DNA from: Clostridia bacterium
GTDB taxonomy: Bacteria; Bacillota; Clostridia; Oscillospirales; CAG-272
Assembly: GCA_028720145.1 (NCBI GenBank)
Contig: JAQYLJ010000005.1
Location: forward strand, 8,112-72,111
Length of the DNA: 64,000 nucleotides
Reading direction: 5' to 3'
Part shown: positions 18,488-26,897 of the stretch, piece by piece
Layout of the letters: every line of letters starts with the position of its first letter
How positions within the stretch are numbered: position 1 is the first letter of the stretch
Made by a program: the position numbers and the translations under genes
The notes under the pieces: model-generated
Told to the model about the DNA's origin: nothing
What the model saw: the letters and a program-made list of their open reading frames with translations, nothing else
The model's database searches: none

Positions 18488-20398
18488 TTACCAGATCACG
18501 ACCCGTTTACTCGGCGCAATATACATTTTGTCCGACTTCTTGACCCCGAAGGTCGTGTACCACTCGTCGAAGTTCCGCGGCTGCATATTCGCGCGGAGCA
18601 CGGCGGGTGCATGGACATCGACTTGGAGCAGGAGCGCCAGATATTCGGGACGGGCTTTCATGCACCAGACACGCGCCCAGTTATAGAAGTATGCCTCATA
18701 GTCCGCATCGGGCATATGGCTCATGATTTCGAGCGTCACCGCCATGCCGCCGTTATCCGCGATATTCTCGCTGACGATAAACGAAGCGTTGACCTTGCCC
18801 CACGGGAGTTCGATGCCCTCGAACTCGCGAATCATGGCTTTCGTCTTGGCACCGAACTTCTTGAAGTCGGCTTTGGTCCACCAGTTGTTCAGGTTCCCGT
18901 TCTCGTCGCACCGTGCGCCGTTGTTGTCAAAGGCGTGCGAAATCTCGTGACCGATGACCGCGCCGATGCCGCCGAGGTTGGTGCTCCGCGACTGACGGAT
19001 GGAGTAGAACGGCGGTTGCAGAATCGCCGCGGGAAATGTGATATCGTTCGAGGTCGGGTTATAGCAGGCGTTCACCATGTGACCGGGCATGACCCACTTG
19101 GTGCGGTCGACCGGCTGTCCCAGTTTCGAGAAGTTGTCTTCGAGCGCGATGGCATCGAGTGCGGCGGTCGCGGCAAGGAGCGAGGTCGCACCGTCGAAGA
19201 CCATCTTGTCATAGAGGGCATCCGCCTTGTCGGGGTAGCCCATTTTGATAACGATTTTATCCAGTTTGAGAATGGCTTTCTCTTTGGTCTCGGGAGAGAG
19301 AATCTCATTCTTGGAAACCCGCACTTTGTAGGTCTCGATGATTTCTTTCACCATGTCGACAACATCGCGCTTTGCCTCTTCCCCGAAATACTTTCTGCCG
19401 TAGTAGAGACCGATCGGCTCGGAAAAGTATTTGGACGCGAGACGGTACGCCTGTTTCGCGATGCTCGGCGTGACCGCGACTCCGGAGAGCGCACGGCTGT
19501 AAGTCGAGCCGATCTCGCGCAGTTTCTCGCTGAGGAGCGGGGTGGCTTCGAGCAGCCGCTTGATATACGCCCAGTGCTGATAGAGCGGGAAGGTCTCATC
19601 GTTCAGCACCGTCGAGAAACTCGCGAAGAAACGCGGCTCGGCGATAATCACCTCTTCCGGCACGCGGTCGCCGAACAGGTCGACCATGAGTTTACGGAAT
19701 TTCAGGGGTTTCAAAAGACCCGAGACACGGCGCAGTTTCATCGGGTTATACATCTTGGTGTATTCCGACCACTCTTCGCTGCTCTTGACGAGCCCCGCGA
19801 GAATCTCATCGAACGCGAGCGCGTCCCGGAGATACTGTGCCTGTTCCTCTTCGGTCAGTTTGGTATAGGTGAGCAGTTCCGAGACCATCTTGCTCCAGAT
19901 GCCGAGGAGTGCCTCTTTCTGCTGTTCCATCCCCTCTTTGTAGTAGGTGGTGTCGGGCAGAATGACGCTCGGACCCGCCAGCATCACGCAGTGTCGGCTC
20001 GTGTCTTTCATATCCGCGTCCACGCCCATGGTAAACGGGAGCGGATAACCCGCCATAACAAACTTTTTGAGGTTGCGGTTAAGGGCGGAAATCCCGTCCA
20101 GTTTCTTAATCTCGCCGAGCGATTTCAGAACGGGGCGCACCCCGTCACGGTTTCTCTTCTTCGTGTCTTTGGCGAGGGCGTAGAGCGCGACAGCGCGCTC
20201 CATCTGCTTATCCGGGCAGGCGACTTCCCCGCTCTCCATCTCGTCGAAGTCGTGCATGAGCAGTTCTTCGACTTCTTTATCGAGGTCGCTGAATCCGCCC
20301 GTCGTCGGCTTATCATCGGGGATGACCGCCTGTTCGAGCCATTCGTGGTTGACATACTCGTACAGGTCGTCCTGTACTCTGATTTCTTTTTGAGACAT
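18488..20398 (-). CDS. pepO: M13-family zinc metalloendopeptidase (PepO-like)
   Basis: 636 aa from ATG 20398 (MSQKEIRVQDDLYEYVNHEWL, GGAGGAAUC RBS). Contains HExxH (VIGHEISHAFD) and the ENIADNGG motif. Confidence 0.9.
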   Translation of the reverse strand: MSQKEIRVQDDLYEYVNHEWLEQAVIPDDKPTTGGFSDLDKEVEELLMHDFDEMESGEVACPDKQMERAVALYALAKDTKKRNRDGVRPVLKSLGEIKKLDGISALNRNLKKFVMAGYPLPFTMGVDADMKDTSRHCVMLAGPSVILPDTTYYKEGMEQQKEALLGIWSKMVSELLTYTKLTEEEQAQYLRDALAFDEILAGLVKSSEEWSEYTKMYNPMKLRRVSGLLKPLKFRKLMVDLFGDRVPEEVIIAEPRFFASFSTVLNDETFPLYQHWAYIKRLLEATPLLSEKLREIGSTYSRALSGVAVTPSIAKQAYRLASKYFSEPIGLYYGRKYFGEEAKRDVVDMVKEIIETYKVRVSKNEILSPETKEKAILKLDKIVIKMGYPDKADALYDKMVFDGATSLLAATAALDAIALEDNFSKLGQPVDRTKWVMPGHMVNACYNPTSNDITFPAAILQPPFYSIRQSRSTNLGGIGAVIGHEISHAFDNNGARCDENGNLNNWWTKADFKKFGAKTKAMIREFEGIELPWGKVNASFIVSENIADNGGMAVTLEIMSHMPDADYEAYFYNWARVWCMKARPEYLALLLQVDVHAPAVLRANMQPRNFDEWYTTFGVKKSDKMYIAPSKRVVIW

Positions 20399-20459
20399 GG
20401 GTGATTCCTCCGTTATTCTATCTTTCTGTTTCTTTTTTCCAAAAATATCGTTATGAAAA

Positions 20460-20488
20460 AGTATAGCACAGTTTCTCCCCGCTTGCAA
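20460..20488 (-). promoter_or_regulatory. sigma-A promoter for pepO
   Basis: Minus strand TTGCAA (20483-20488), 17 nt, TGcTATACT (-10 at 20460-20465). Confidence 0.5.
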
Positions 20489-20529
20489 GAGACGGTAGAA
20501 ACGGGTCTTCGAGCAAGTTTTTGTTTGCT

Positions 20530-21075
20530 TTACGGAAGGGGCACGAGCGCGGGAGCGGTGTCACCGCACCCATACACCTCGCGATAAAGGGTGTCTTTGA
20601 TATGAGAAAAGGTCGTCTCGTCCACCGCGTGCCCATAGGTCATCACCCACAGGGGGAGCGGACCGGTCTTCGGTGAGAGCGCAGGCATCACATAGGGATA
20701 TGGATTGACGACAAAACCGTGTCGCTCATAGAATCCGATGCGCCTTTTCGCGAGTTCGGTTTCGGGGAGCTCGACCTCAAGACAGACCGTCTTATCGGTT
20801 TGCCCGACGATGTCCGAGAGCATTCTCCCGCCGATCCCGCCGTTACGGTATCGGGCATCGACGGCGAAATTCTCAAAGAAAACGAGGTCGTCAAATTCCC
20901 AGACCACGATCATCGCGACCAGTGTCCCTCCATCCCGCAATCCGTACACCGTGTAATGCGGGTTCTCGAACAGTTTTCTCTGCTCCTCATAAGTCCGATA
21001 TTCGTCCGGCGGGAAGCTCGCCGCCATGAGGGCGAATATACTGTCGAAATCGCGTAGCGTCAGTTTTTCCGGCAT
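20530..21075 (-). CDS. GNAT-family N-acetyltransferase
   Basis: 181 aa. Acetyl-CoA binding block NFAVDARYRNGGIGGRML...FYERHGF. Confidence 0.8.
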   Translation of the reverse strand: MPEKLTLRDFDSIFALMAASFPPDEYRTYEEQRKLFENPHYTVYGLRDGGTLVAMIVVWEFDDLVFFENFAVDARYRNGGIGGRMLSDIVGQTDKTVCLEVELPETELAKRRIGFYERHGFVVNPYPYVMPALSPKTGPLPLWVMTYGHAVDETTFSHIKDTLYREVYGCGDTAPALVPLP

Positions 21076-21221
21076 TTTTTATGTCCTCTCCGTTGTCGTT
21101 TGGTTTCCGTGGTGCGGAAGTGCTTTTTCGGGGGAGCGCGTTCCCTATCCCGTGCCATCGGCGACGCAGAAATGCGGGAACCCCTCCCGCGGGCTTTCCC
21201 TCTCCCCCGCTGTTCTTATCT

Positions 21222-21250
21222 ATCATACCGTTCTTTCGGCAAAATCGCAA
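21222..21250 (-). promoter_or_regulatory. sigma-A promoter for the GNAT gene (implies a 5'UTR of about 140 nt)
   Basis: Minus strand TTGCGA (21245-21250), 17 nt, TATGAT (21222-21227). Confidence 0.4.
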
Positions 21251-21471
21251 GGTGTCCTGTGCAAAGCCCCGCGGGAAGCGGGGAAAAAGGGTGTTCTCCC
21301 CGCATTTTTCCCCGCGTCTCCCACGAATCCCCTGCAGTTCTCTCTTGATTCTTCGGTCCATCTGTTATAAAATAAGGCGTATCCGTTTTTGTAAGTCCGC
21401 GACATTTCATGTGACGCGGGTAAAGAGACGGGAGCACGACCGAAAACATACGAACAACGGGAGGATTTCCG

Positions 21472-23064
21472 ATGACCGAACAATACAAAGAATTTTTAAA
21501 GTGGAATATTTATCAAATCTATCCGAAGTCCTTTATGGACGCGAACAACGACGGCATCGGCGATTTTCGGGGCATTATCGAGAAAATCCCCTATCTCGCG
21601 GAGCTCGGCATCAACGCGGTGTGGCTGTCGCCCTGCTTTGAGAGCCCGGGCGCGGACAGCGGTTACGATATCTCCGACTATCTGAATGTGGGAAAAGAGT
21701 TCGGGACACTCGACGACTTTCGGGAGATGCTCGACTGTTTCCACGCGCACGGTATCAAAGTGATTGTCGACCTCGTCGTCAATCATTGTTCCACCGAACA
21801 CTTTTGGTTCCGTGAGGCGAGAAAATCGCGCGAGAATCCTTACCGCGACTATTTCTATTGGTTCGATGAACCGCCGAATGACTGGAGGTCGTGTTTCGGC
21901 GGGTCCGCCTGGCAATGGGACGACACCACGGGGCAGTATTATCTTCACTCGTTCGCCGTGGAACAGGCAGACCTCAACTGGGAGAACCCGAAGGTCCGCG
22001 AGGAAGTCAAGAAAATCATCGACTTCTGGGTCGATCTCGGTGTCGACGGATTCCGCTGTGATGTGCTCGACATGATTTCCAAAGACTTCGTGAACAAGAA
22101 AAACGGGAACGGACCGCGGCTGCACGAATTTATCCATGAGATTTTCGGGCGGGATAAGACGAAGCACCTCTATACCGTCGGCGAGTGCTGGACGGCAGAC
22201 GAGAAAAACCTCTTTGACCTCACCGCCGCCGAACGGGGAGAACTGACGACCTCGTTCATCGGCGGGAATATCACCAACTGTGCGGGGCGGTTCCACCCCA
22301 TCCCCCTCGACTACGACGCGATTCACCGCTATTTCGCCAAGTATCAGGTGCTGACACAGGAGAATGACCTCATTTTCGCGCCGTTTTTCGAGAACCACGA
22401 TCAGTGCAGATGCATCTCCCGCTTCGCGGACGACAAACAGTACCGCTACGAGAGCGCGACCTTCTTTGCGACACTGCTCTACACCCTGCGCGGGACCCCG
22501 TTCATTCTGCAAGGGCAGGAATTCGGGACCCCCAACGCGCATTATCCCGACATTCGCAGTTTTGACGATGTAGAGACCGTGAATTACTATCACCGTCAAG
22601 AGGGGTCCATGGACCACGAAGCGCTCATGGACCTCGTGAACTTCGGCTCCCGCGACAACGGGCGGAGACCGATGGCATGGACCACGGGGGTGAACGGCGG
22701 CTTCAACCGCGGGGCGACCCCCTGGCTGCCCCTGCACTCGGACTACGCGGCGTGCAGTCTGGAAGCAGACCGCGCGAGCGAAAAGTCTGTCTTCGCGTAC
22801 TATCAGAAGCTGCTCGCTTTGCGGAAGTCCTCCGACACCCTGCTCTACGGCAAGTTCGAGGACCTGACGGGAGATGCGAAAAACTATTTCATGTACAGCC
22901 GCACATGGGGGGACAAACGCATGGTCGTGGTCTGCAATTACGACCAAGTGTCGACCATCCCGCTCCCCGCAGGGCTTACGAGAATCCTCGGGAACTATCC
23001 CGCCCACACGGACAATGTGTTCGCTCCTTTTGAAGCTGTGATTTACGAACAGCCCCTCGTTTGA
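21472..23064 (+). CDS. GH13 alpha-glucosidase / oligo-1,6-glucosidase family
   Basis: 530 aa. GH13 blocks DLVVNHCS, GVDGFRCDV, VGECW, FFENHDQ. No signal peptide. Confidence 0.9.
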   Translation: MTEQYKEFLKWNIYQIYPKSFMDANNDGIGDFRGIIEKIPYLAELGINAVWLSPCFESPGADSGYDISDYLNVGKEFGTLDDFREMLDCFHAHGIKVIVDLVVNHCSTEHFWFREARKSRENPYRDYFYWFDEPPNDWRSCFGGSAWQWDDTTGQYYLHSFAVEQADLNWENPKVREEVKKIIDFWVDLGVDGFRCDVLDMISKDFVNKKNGNGPRLHEFIHEIFGRDKTKHLYTVGECWTADEKNLFDLTAAERGELTTSFIGGNITNCAGRFHPIPLDYDAIHRYFAKYQVLTQENDLIFAPFFENHDQCRCISRFADDKQYRYESATFFATLLYTLRGTPFILQGQEFGTPNAHYPDIRSFDDVETVNYYHRQEGSMDHEALMDLVNFGSRDNGRRPMAWTTGVNGGFNRGATPWLPLHSDYAACSLEADRASEKSVFAYYQKLLALRKSSDTLLYGKFEDLTGDAKNYFMYSRTWGDKRMVVVCNYDQVSTIPLPAGLTRILGNYPAHTDNVFAPFEAVIYEQPLV

Positions 23065-23138
23065 ACCCGCGCGATTAGGACGCAAACAGCATATCAAACA
23101 GCAGGATAAGCAAGGGCTGTCCTTTCACCATCAAAATA

Positions 23139-23181
23139 CCCCCGAACGACCGAATTTTCTCGGTGTTCGGGGGTTCTTTTT
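23139..23181 (+). terminator. intrinsic terminator after the GH13 gene
   Basis: CCCCCGAAC..ACCGA-loop-UCGGU..GUUCGGGGG followed by UUCUUUUU. Confidence 0.7.
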
Positions 23182-23214
23182 CGGAAAGTAGGGAGTCTAA
23201 CGCCGCCCGAACTC

Positions 23215-23991
23215 TCAGTGTCTTAACTGTTCTTGGTATTGCTTCGGAGAAACGCCCACATATTTTTTGAACACTCTTGAAAAATCGTAGATATTCAGGT
23301 ACCCGAGCGAAAAGGCGATATCGGTGATACTGCCGTAATCGCTTTGGAGCATTTCTTTCGCCTTTCCGATTCGGACGCTTTGCACATAGTCCGCGGGAGA
23401 CTGCCCCATGATCTCGGTAAACAGTTTCCGAAAATAGACGGTGGACAGACCCGCCATGGCGGCGAGTTCGTCATTTTTGATTTTTGTGTTGTAGCATCGC
23501 GCAATATAGTCGAGCGTCGGGGCAATCTTTCTCTGTTTTTCGGTGGGCAGATACTTTTTCGGCTCGGACTTCGTTAAAAACAGCAGAATGGAATACGCAT
23601 CCCGCATACTCTCCTGCTCGATCATGGGTGCTTTCAGATTCCGCTCATATTCCATCTTCTTAAACAGACGGAGCAATTTTTCGCTCTGTGTGACCTGAAA
23701 ACCGAAGATGTACGGACAGGTGAGTTCGCTCTCAAACTCGACCATCACGCAATGCCCGGAACGAATACACTTCCACTCATACGAACATCCCTTCGGCAGA
23801 ATCACGGGGTGCTCACGGTCGGACAGATACTGTTTCCCGTCCACATCGTACAGGGTTTCGCCTTCATATTTGTACACCATCGCCCAACGGGGGCGGTCGA
23901 TTCTTTTGAAGCCCGAGTTCTTTTCGTTGTACATAGTCGCAGCGAAATACACTTTGGTAATAACCAGATTCGATAAAATATCTACATCCAT
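23215..23991 (-). CDS. AraC-family transcriptional regulator
   Basis: 258 aa. Cupin-like N-terminus plus a C-terminal HTH (..LAAMAGLSTVYFRKLFTEIMGQSPADYV...IAFSLGYLNIYDFSRVFKKYVGVSP). Noticeably lower GC than its neighbours. Confidence 0.9.
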   Translation of the reverse strand: MDVDILSNLVITKVYFAATMYNEKNSGFKRIDRPRWAMVYKYEGETLYDVDGKQYLSDREHPVILPKGCSYEWKCIRSGHCVMVEFESELTCPYIFGFQVTQSEKLLRLFKKMEYERNLKAPMIEQESMRDAYSILLFLTKSEPKKYLPTEKQRKIAPTLDYIARCYNTKIKNDELAAMAGLSTVYFRKLFTEIMGQSPADYVQSVRIGKAKEMLQSDYGSITDIAFSLGYLNIYDFSRVFKKYVGVSPKQYQEQLRH

Positions 23992-24214
23992 ACGCCCGTT
24001 CCCTCTCTCGGAAAACGCAAAATTTTAATTATTATAACGCAAATTGCTCCTCTGTGCAATCTATTTTTGTATCAAATATGATAAACAATATCCGATTTGC
24101 TATTTTCCTTACGAGACCATCGTGTTATAGTGAAAACGACAAGCCGCGATACGCAGGTGCGTGTCGGAGATGGGCACAAAAACAGACGGGCGCGTCCCGA
24201 CGGGAGATACCCAA

Positions 24215-25228
24215 ATGGAAAAAATCAAAATCGGACAAATCGGCATCGGTCACAACCACGGAGAAGCGAAAATGCTCGCCGTCCGCAAATTCCCCGATCT
24301 ATTCGAGGTGATCGGCTATGCCGAAGAAAATGAGCGCTGGGTCGAAAAGCGCGGTGCTTTTCGCGGATACGCCGGCCTCCCCCGCCTCTCGGTCGAGGAG
24401 GTTCTCGCACGCGCGGATGCCGTCTTGATTGAGAGCGATGTGTGGGATCTGACGCGCTATGCCAAACTCTGTGTGGACTCAGGCAAGCATATCCATCTCG
24501 ATAAACCCGCGAGTGGACCGCTCGCGGCATACAAAGCGGTGCTGGACACGGCGAGGGCGCAGCATCTGGTGGTGCAACTCGGCTATATGTACCGCTACAA
24601 TCCCGCGATACGGAAATGCTTTGCGGATGTGCGGGAGGGGCGCTTGGGAGATATCTGTTCCATCAACGCGGAAATGAATACCTTTCATTCGCCGGCATAC
24701 AAAAAGTGGCTCACCAACTTCGGCGGCGGCATCATGTACATTTTGGGCAGTCACTTAGTCGACCTGATCGTCTATCTCATGGGCGAGCCGCAGAAGGTCA
24801 CTTCCTACATGAAGTCCACGGGTCTCGACGGCGTGCAGTTCCCCGACAACACGCTGGCGGTGCTGGAATACGAGAAAGCACTCGCGCGTATTGCGGTCTC
24901 CTCGGTGGAGGTCAACGGATGGGGGCGGCGGCAGTTCGTGGTCTCGGGCACGCGAGGGACGGTCGCCATCATGCCCCTCGAAAACACCTGCCATATGACC
25001 TACGCCGACACGGCGACCGCCACAAACCCGTATGAGGATATGAAGACCGACATTGCGGTCCGGGATATCCCCAAAGACTGCCGCTATGACGAAATGATGC
25101 AGGATTTCTACGCCTATATACGGGGCACCAAAGAGAACCCTTTTTCCTACGAACATGATTATACGGTGCAGAAAGTGCTCGATGAAATCGTGGGCGGGGT
25201 AAAGTTCTACGGCAAAAACATTGAGTGA
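24215..25228 (+). CDS. Gfo/Idh/MocA-family oxidoreductase
   Basis: 337 aa from ATG 24215 (MEKIKIGQIGIGHNHG). N-terminal Rossmann fold plus the family's C-terminal alpha/beta domain. Divergent from the AraC gene. Confidence 0.8.
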   Translation: MEKIKIGQIGIGHNHGEAKMLAVRKFPDLFEVIGYAEENERWVEKRGAFRGYAGLPRLSVEEVLARADAVLIESDVWDLTRYAKLCVDSGKHIHLDKPASGPLAAYKAVLDTARAQHLVVQLGYMYRYNPAIRKCFADVREGRLGDICSINAEMNTFHSPAYKKWLTNFGGGIMYILGSHLVDLIVYLMGEPQKVTSYMKSTGLDGVQFPDNTLAVLEYEKALARIAVSSVEVNGWGRRQFVVSGTRGTVAIMPLENTCHMTYADTATATNPYEDMKTDIAVRDIPKDCRYDEMMQDFYAYIRGTKENPFSYEHDYTVQKVLDEIVGGVKFYGKNIE

Positions 25229-25347
25229 AGACCACTTAAAACGGCGCTTTCCCATTTGTTCCCGACCGTTTTCCCCGTCGGGGCGGGAGGACAGCCGTTC
25301 TCGCGACAAAACAAGAATCTATCAAAAATTTAATAGAGGTATGTGAC

Positions 25348-26349
25348 ATGAAAAAAGTATTGGTGATCGGCTCTTCGGGAGCCATGGGACGGTATCTCGT
25401 CCCGGAACTAGCGGACATGGGGTATGCGGTGACGGCGGTTTCTCTCGACAAGGAGGCGCCGTGCAGAACCAATGTGACCTGCAGACAGGGCAACGCCAAA
25501 GATAAGGCGTTTCTCACTGCCCTGCTCTCCGAGGGCTTCGACGGCATTGTGGATTTCATGGTGTATCCGCATCCGGAGTTTGCAGAGTATATGCCGCTAT
25601 TTCTCGAGCATACGGACCACTATATCTTTCTCTCCTCCTGCCGCGTGTACGACGACAAGGAACAGCCCATCAAAGAGACTTCGCCCCGCCTGCTCGACAC
25701 CTCGGACGACGAGGCGCTGAAACAGTCGAACGACTATTGCATCTACAAGGCACTCGCCGAAAACATGCTGACGCGTTCTTCTTATACCAACTGGACGGTC
25801 GTCCGCCCCGCGACCACCTTTTCGACCATGCGTTATCAACTCGTGACGCTGGAAGCGGCAAACAATGTCGGTCGCGCCTTGAAAGGAAAAAAGGTGCTGT
25901 TGCCCATACAGGCGAAAGACAAACCCGCGACCCTCTCTTGGGCGGGAGATGTCGCGAAAATGATTGCGCGGATTCTCTTCAAAAAAGAAGCCCTGCGGGA
26001 AACCTACAATGTCTGCTCGGCGGAATACCGCACCTGGGAGGAGATCGCCGCATATTACAAGGACCTTGTGGGGCTAGAGACCGTATGGATTGATAAAGAA
26101 GACTACCTCGCCATCCTCGACCCCGACATGAAAATCTCTACGCGCTGGCAGCTGGAATACGCCCGCCTGTTCCACCGCATCACCGACAACTCGAAAGTGC
26201 TTGCGCTGACGGGCTTGCAACAGTCGGACCTCATGCCGATGTACGAAGGACTGAAAAAAGAGATCGCCGCCATTCCCGCGGGCTTCACCTTCCCCGAAAC
26301 CCCGGTCGGGCAGCGCATGGACGCATACCTCGCCAAGCACGGACTGTAA
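25348..26349 (+). CDS. NAD(P)-binding epimerase/dehydratase (extended SDR / NmrA-like) protein
   Basis: 333 aa, MKKVLVIGSSGAMGRYLVPEL (GxxGxxG), a YxxxK-like CIYKALAE, and no TM segments. Confidence 0.7.
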   Translation: MKKVLVIGSSGAMGRYLVPELADMGYAVTAVSLDKEAPCRTNVTCRQGNAKDKAFLTALLSEGFDGIVDFMVYPHPEFAEYMPLFLEHTDHYIFLSSCRVYDDKEQPIKETSPRLLDTSDDEALKQSNDYCIYKALAENMLTRSSYTNWTVVRPATTFSTMRYQLVTLEAANNVGRALKGKKVLLPIQAKDKPATLSWAGDVAKMIARILFKKEALRETYNVCSAEYRTWEEIAAYYKDLVGLETVWIDKEDYLAILDPDMKISTRWQLEYARLFHRITDNSKVLALTGLQQSDLMPMYEGLKKEIAAIPAGFTFPETPVGQRMDAYLAKHGL

Positions 26350-26354
26350 CCCCC

Positions 26355-26384
26355 GCGCCTGCGGCGCGAGAGTTCAAATCTCTC
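26355..26384 (+). pseudogene. orphan tRNA 3'-half-like fragment (variable-arm hairpin plus T-arm)
   Basis: GCGCC-UGC-GGCGC followed by GAGAG-UUCAAAU-CUCUC. Positions 26363-26384 are identical, in inverted orientation, to 26679-26700 inside tRNA-Ser. There is no acceptor 3' strand and no convincing anticodon or D arm upstream, where the sequence is the end of the epimerase CDS. Confidence 0.45.
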
Positions 26385-26399
26385 ATGCAAAAAAGAATT

Positions 26400-26434
26400 G
26401 CGGCATACCTCGCATGAGGTATGCCGCGTTTGCG
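26400..26434 (+). terminator. hairpin terminator after the epimerase-like gene
   Basis: Perfect 12-bp stem GCGGCAUACCUC-GCAU-GAGGUAUGCCGC followed by GUUUGCG (weak U tract). A second hairpin GUGGCGA..UCGCCAC plus UUUUAGUUU lies at about 26438-26475. Confidence 0.55.
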
Positions 26435-26546
26435 AAGTGGCGATAAAAAAGATGTTTTCGCCACTTTTAGTTTGGGTTTGAACTGCCGCGTATTCGTTTT
26501 ATAGCAAATTGCTTTTCGACCAACCGGAGAAAAGCTACATCGGCAC

Positions 26547-26630
26547 CTTTTCACTATTCACTATTACTTATTACTTCCGCCAAAAATCGACAAGGAAGTA
26601 GGGAAAAGTGAAGAGTGAAGAGTGAAAAAG
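26547..26630. repeat. AT-rich imperfect inverted repeat built from tandem heptamers
   Basis: The left arm (26547-26578) contains TTTTCAC TATTCAC TATTACT TATTACT. The right arm (26594-26630) contains AAAAGTG AAGAGTG AAGAGTG AAAAAGT. The arms pair at roughly 25 of 33 positions around a 15-nt centre containing AAAATCGACAAG. Confidence 0.6.
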
Positions 26631-26631
26631 T

Positions 26632-26667
26632 AAAATCGACAAGCTCCTGTCGAAACTTGTCGATTTT
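26632..26667 (-). terminator. intrinsic terminator directly after tRNA-Ser (bidirectional hairpin)
   Basis: AAAAUCGACAAG - 12-nt loop - CUUGUCGAUUUU (12-bp stem) followed on the minus strand by ACUUUUUC. Confidence 0.7.
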
Positions 26668-26670
26668 GGG

Positions 26671-26758
26671 CGGTGAAGGAGAGATTTGAACTCTCGCGCC
26701 GGTTGCCCGGCCTACACCCTTAGCAGGGGCGCCTCTTCGGCCTCTTGAGTACTTCTCC
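26671..26758 (-). tRNA. tRNA-Ser (anticodon GCU), class II
   Basis: Hand-folded: acceptor GGAGAAG/CUUCACC (A3:A70 mismatch), D-arm CUC..GAG, anticodon arm CGCCC-CUGCUAA-GGGUG, long variable arm GCCGG-GCAA-CCGGC, T-arm GAGAG-UUCAAAU-CUCUC, discriminator G. The 3' trailer is CCCA, so CCA is not cleanly encoded. Confidence 0.8.
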
Positions 26759-26795
26759 AAAAGCAGCAGACGCCGATTCACCGTCTGCGGGATTT

Positions 26796-26825
26796 ATTAT
26801 ACAAGAGAAACTGCGCGGTTGTCAA
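26796..26825 (-). promoter_or_regulatory. strong sigma-A promoter for tRNA-Ser
   Basis: Minus strand TTGACA (26820-26825), 18 nt, TATAAT (26796-26801). A GCAGACG..CGUCUGC hairpin lies in the short leader. Confidence 0.6.
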
Positions 26826-26868
26826 GAGATTTCCCTAAAAAAGAGGAGGCGGCGTATGGTCTCCCCTC

Positions 26869-26897
26869 TTGCGGAGGACGGCGGTGCGTGGTAGAAT
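26869..26897 (+). promoter_or_regulatory. candidate promoter for the yjbR-like gene
   Basis: TTGCGG (26869-26874), 17 nt, TGgTAGAAT (-10 at 26892-26897). Implies a GC-rich leader of about 165 nt. Confidence 0.35.

Noticed and set aside
18467-20404. 645-aa plus-strand ORF
   Set aside because: Codon-aligned antisense shadow of pepO (18467 and the third codon positions of pepO are both congruent to 2 mod 3). The explanation is the same as above.
21496-23097. 533-aa minus-strand ORF
   Set aside because: Antisense shadow of the GH13 gene, whose family motifs are unambiguous on the plus strand.
26320-26384. A complete plus-strand tRNA (the CTGTAA at 26344-26349 looks like a Tyr anticodon loop)
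   Set aside because: The flanking bases cannot form an anticodon stem (only 2 of 5 pairs). There is no D-arm or acceptor stem, and the region is the in-frame 3' end and stop codon of the epimerase-like CDS. Only the variable-arm-like hairpin and T-arm are tRNA-like.
26547-26630. CRISPR-like or minisatellite array
   Set aside because: The repeat unit is only 7 nt with no spacers, the total length is under 90 nt, and there are no cas genes. I treat it as a heptamer iteron / inverted repeat instead.
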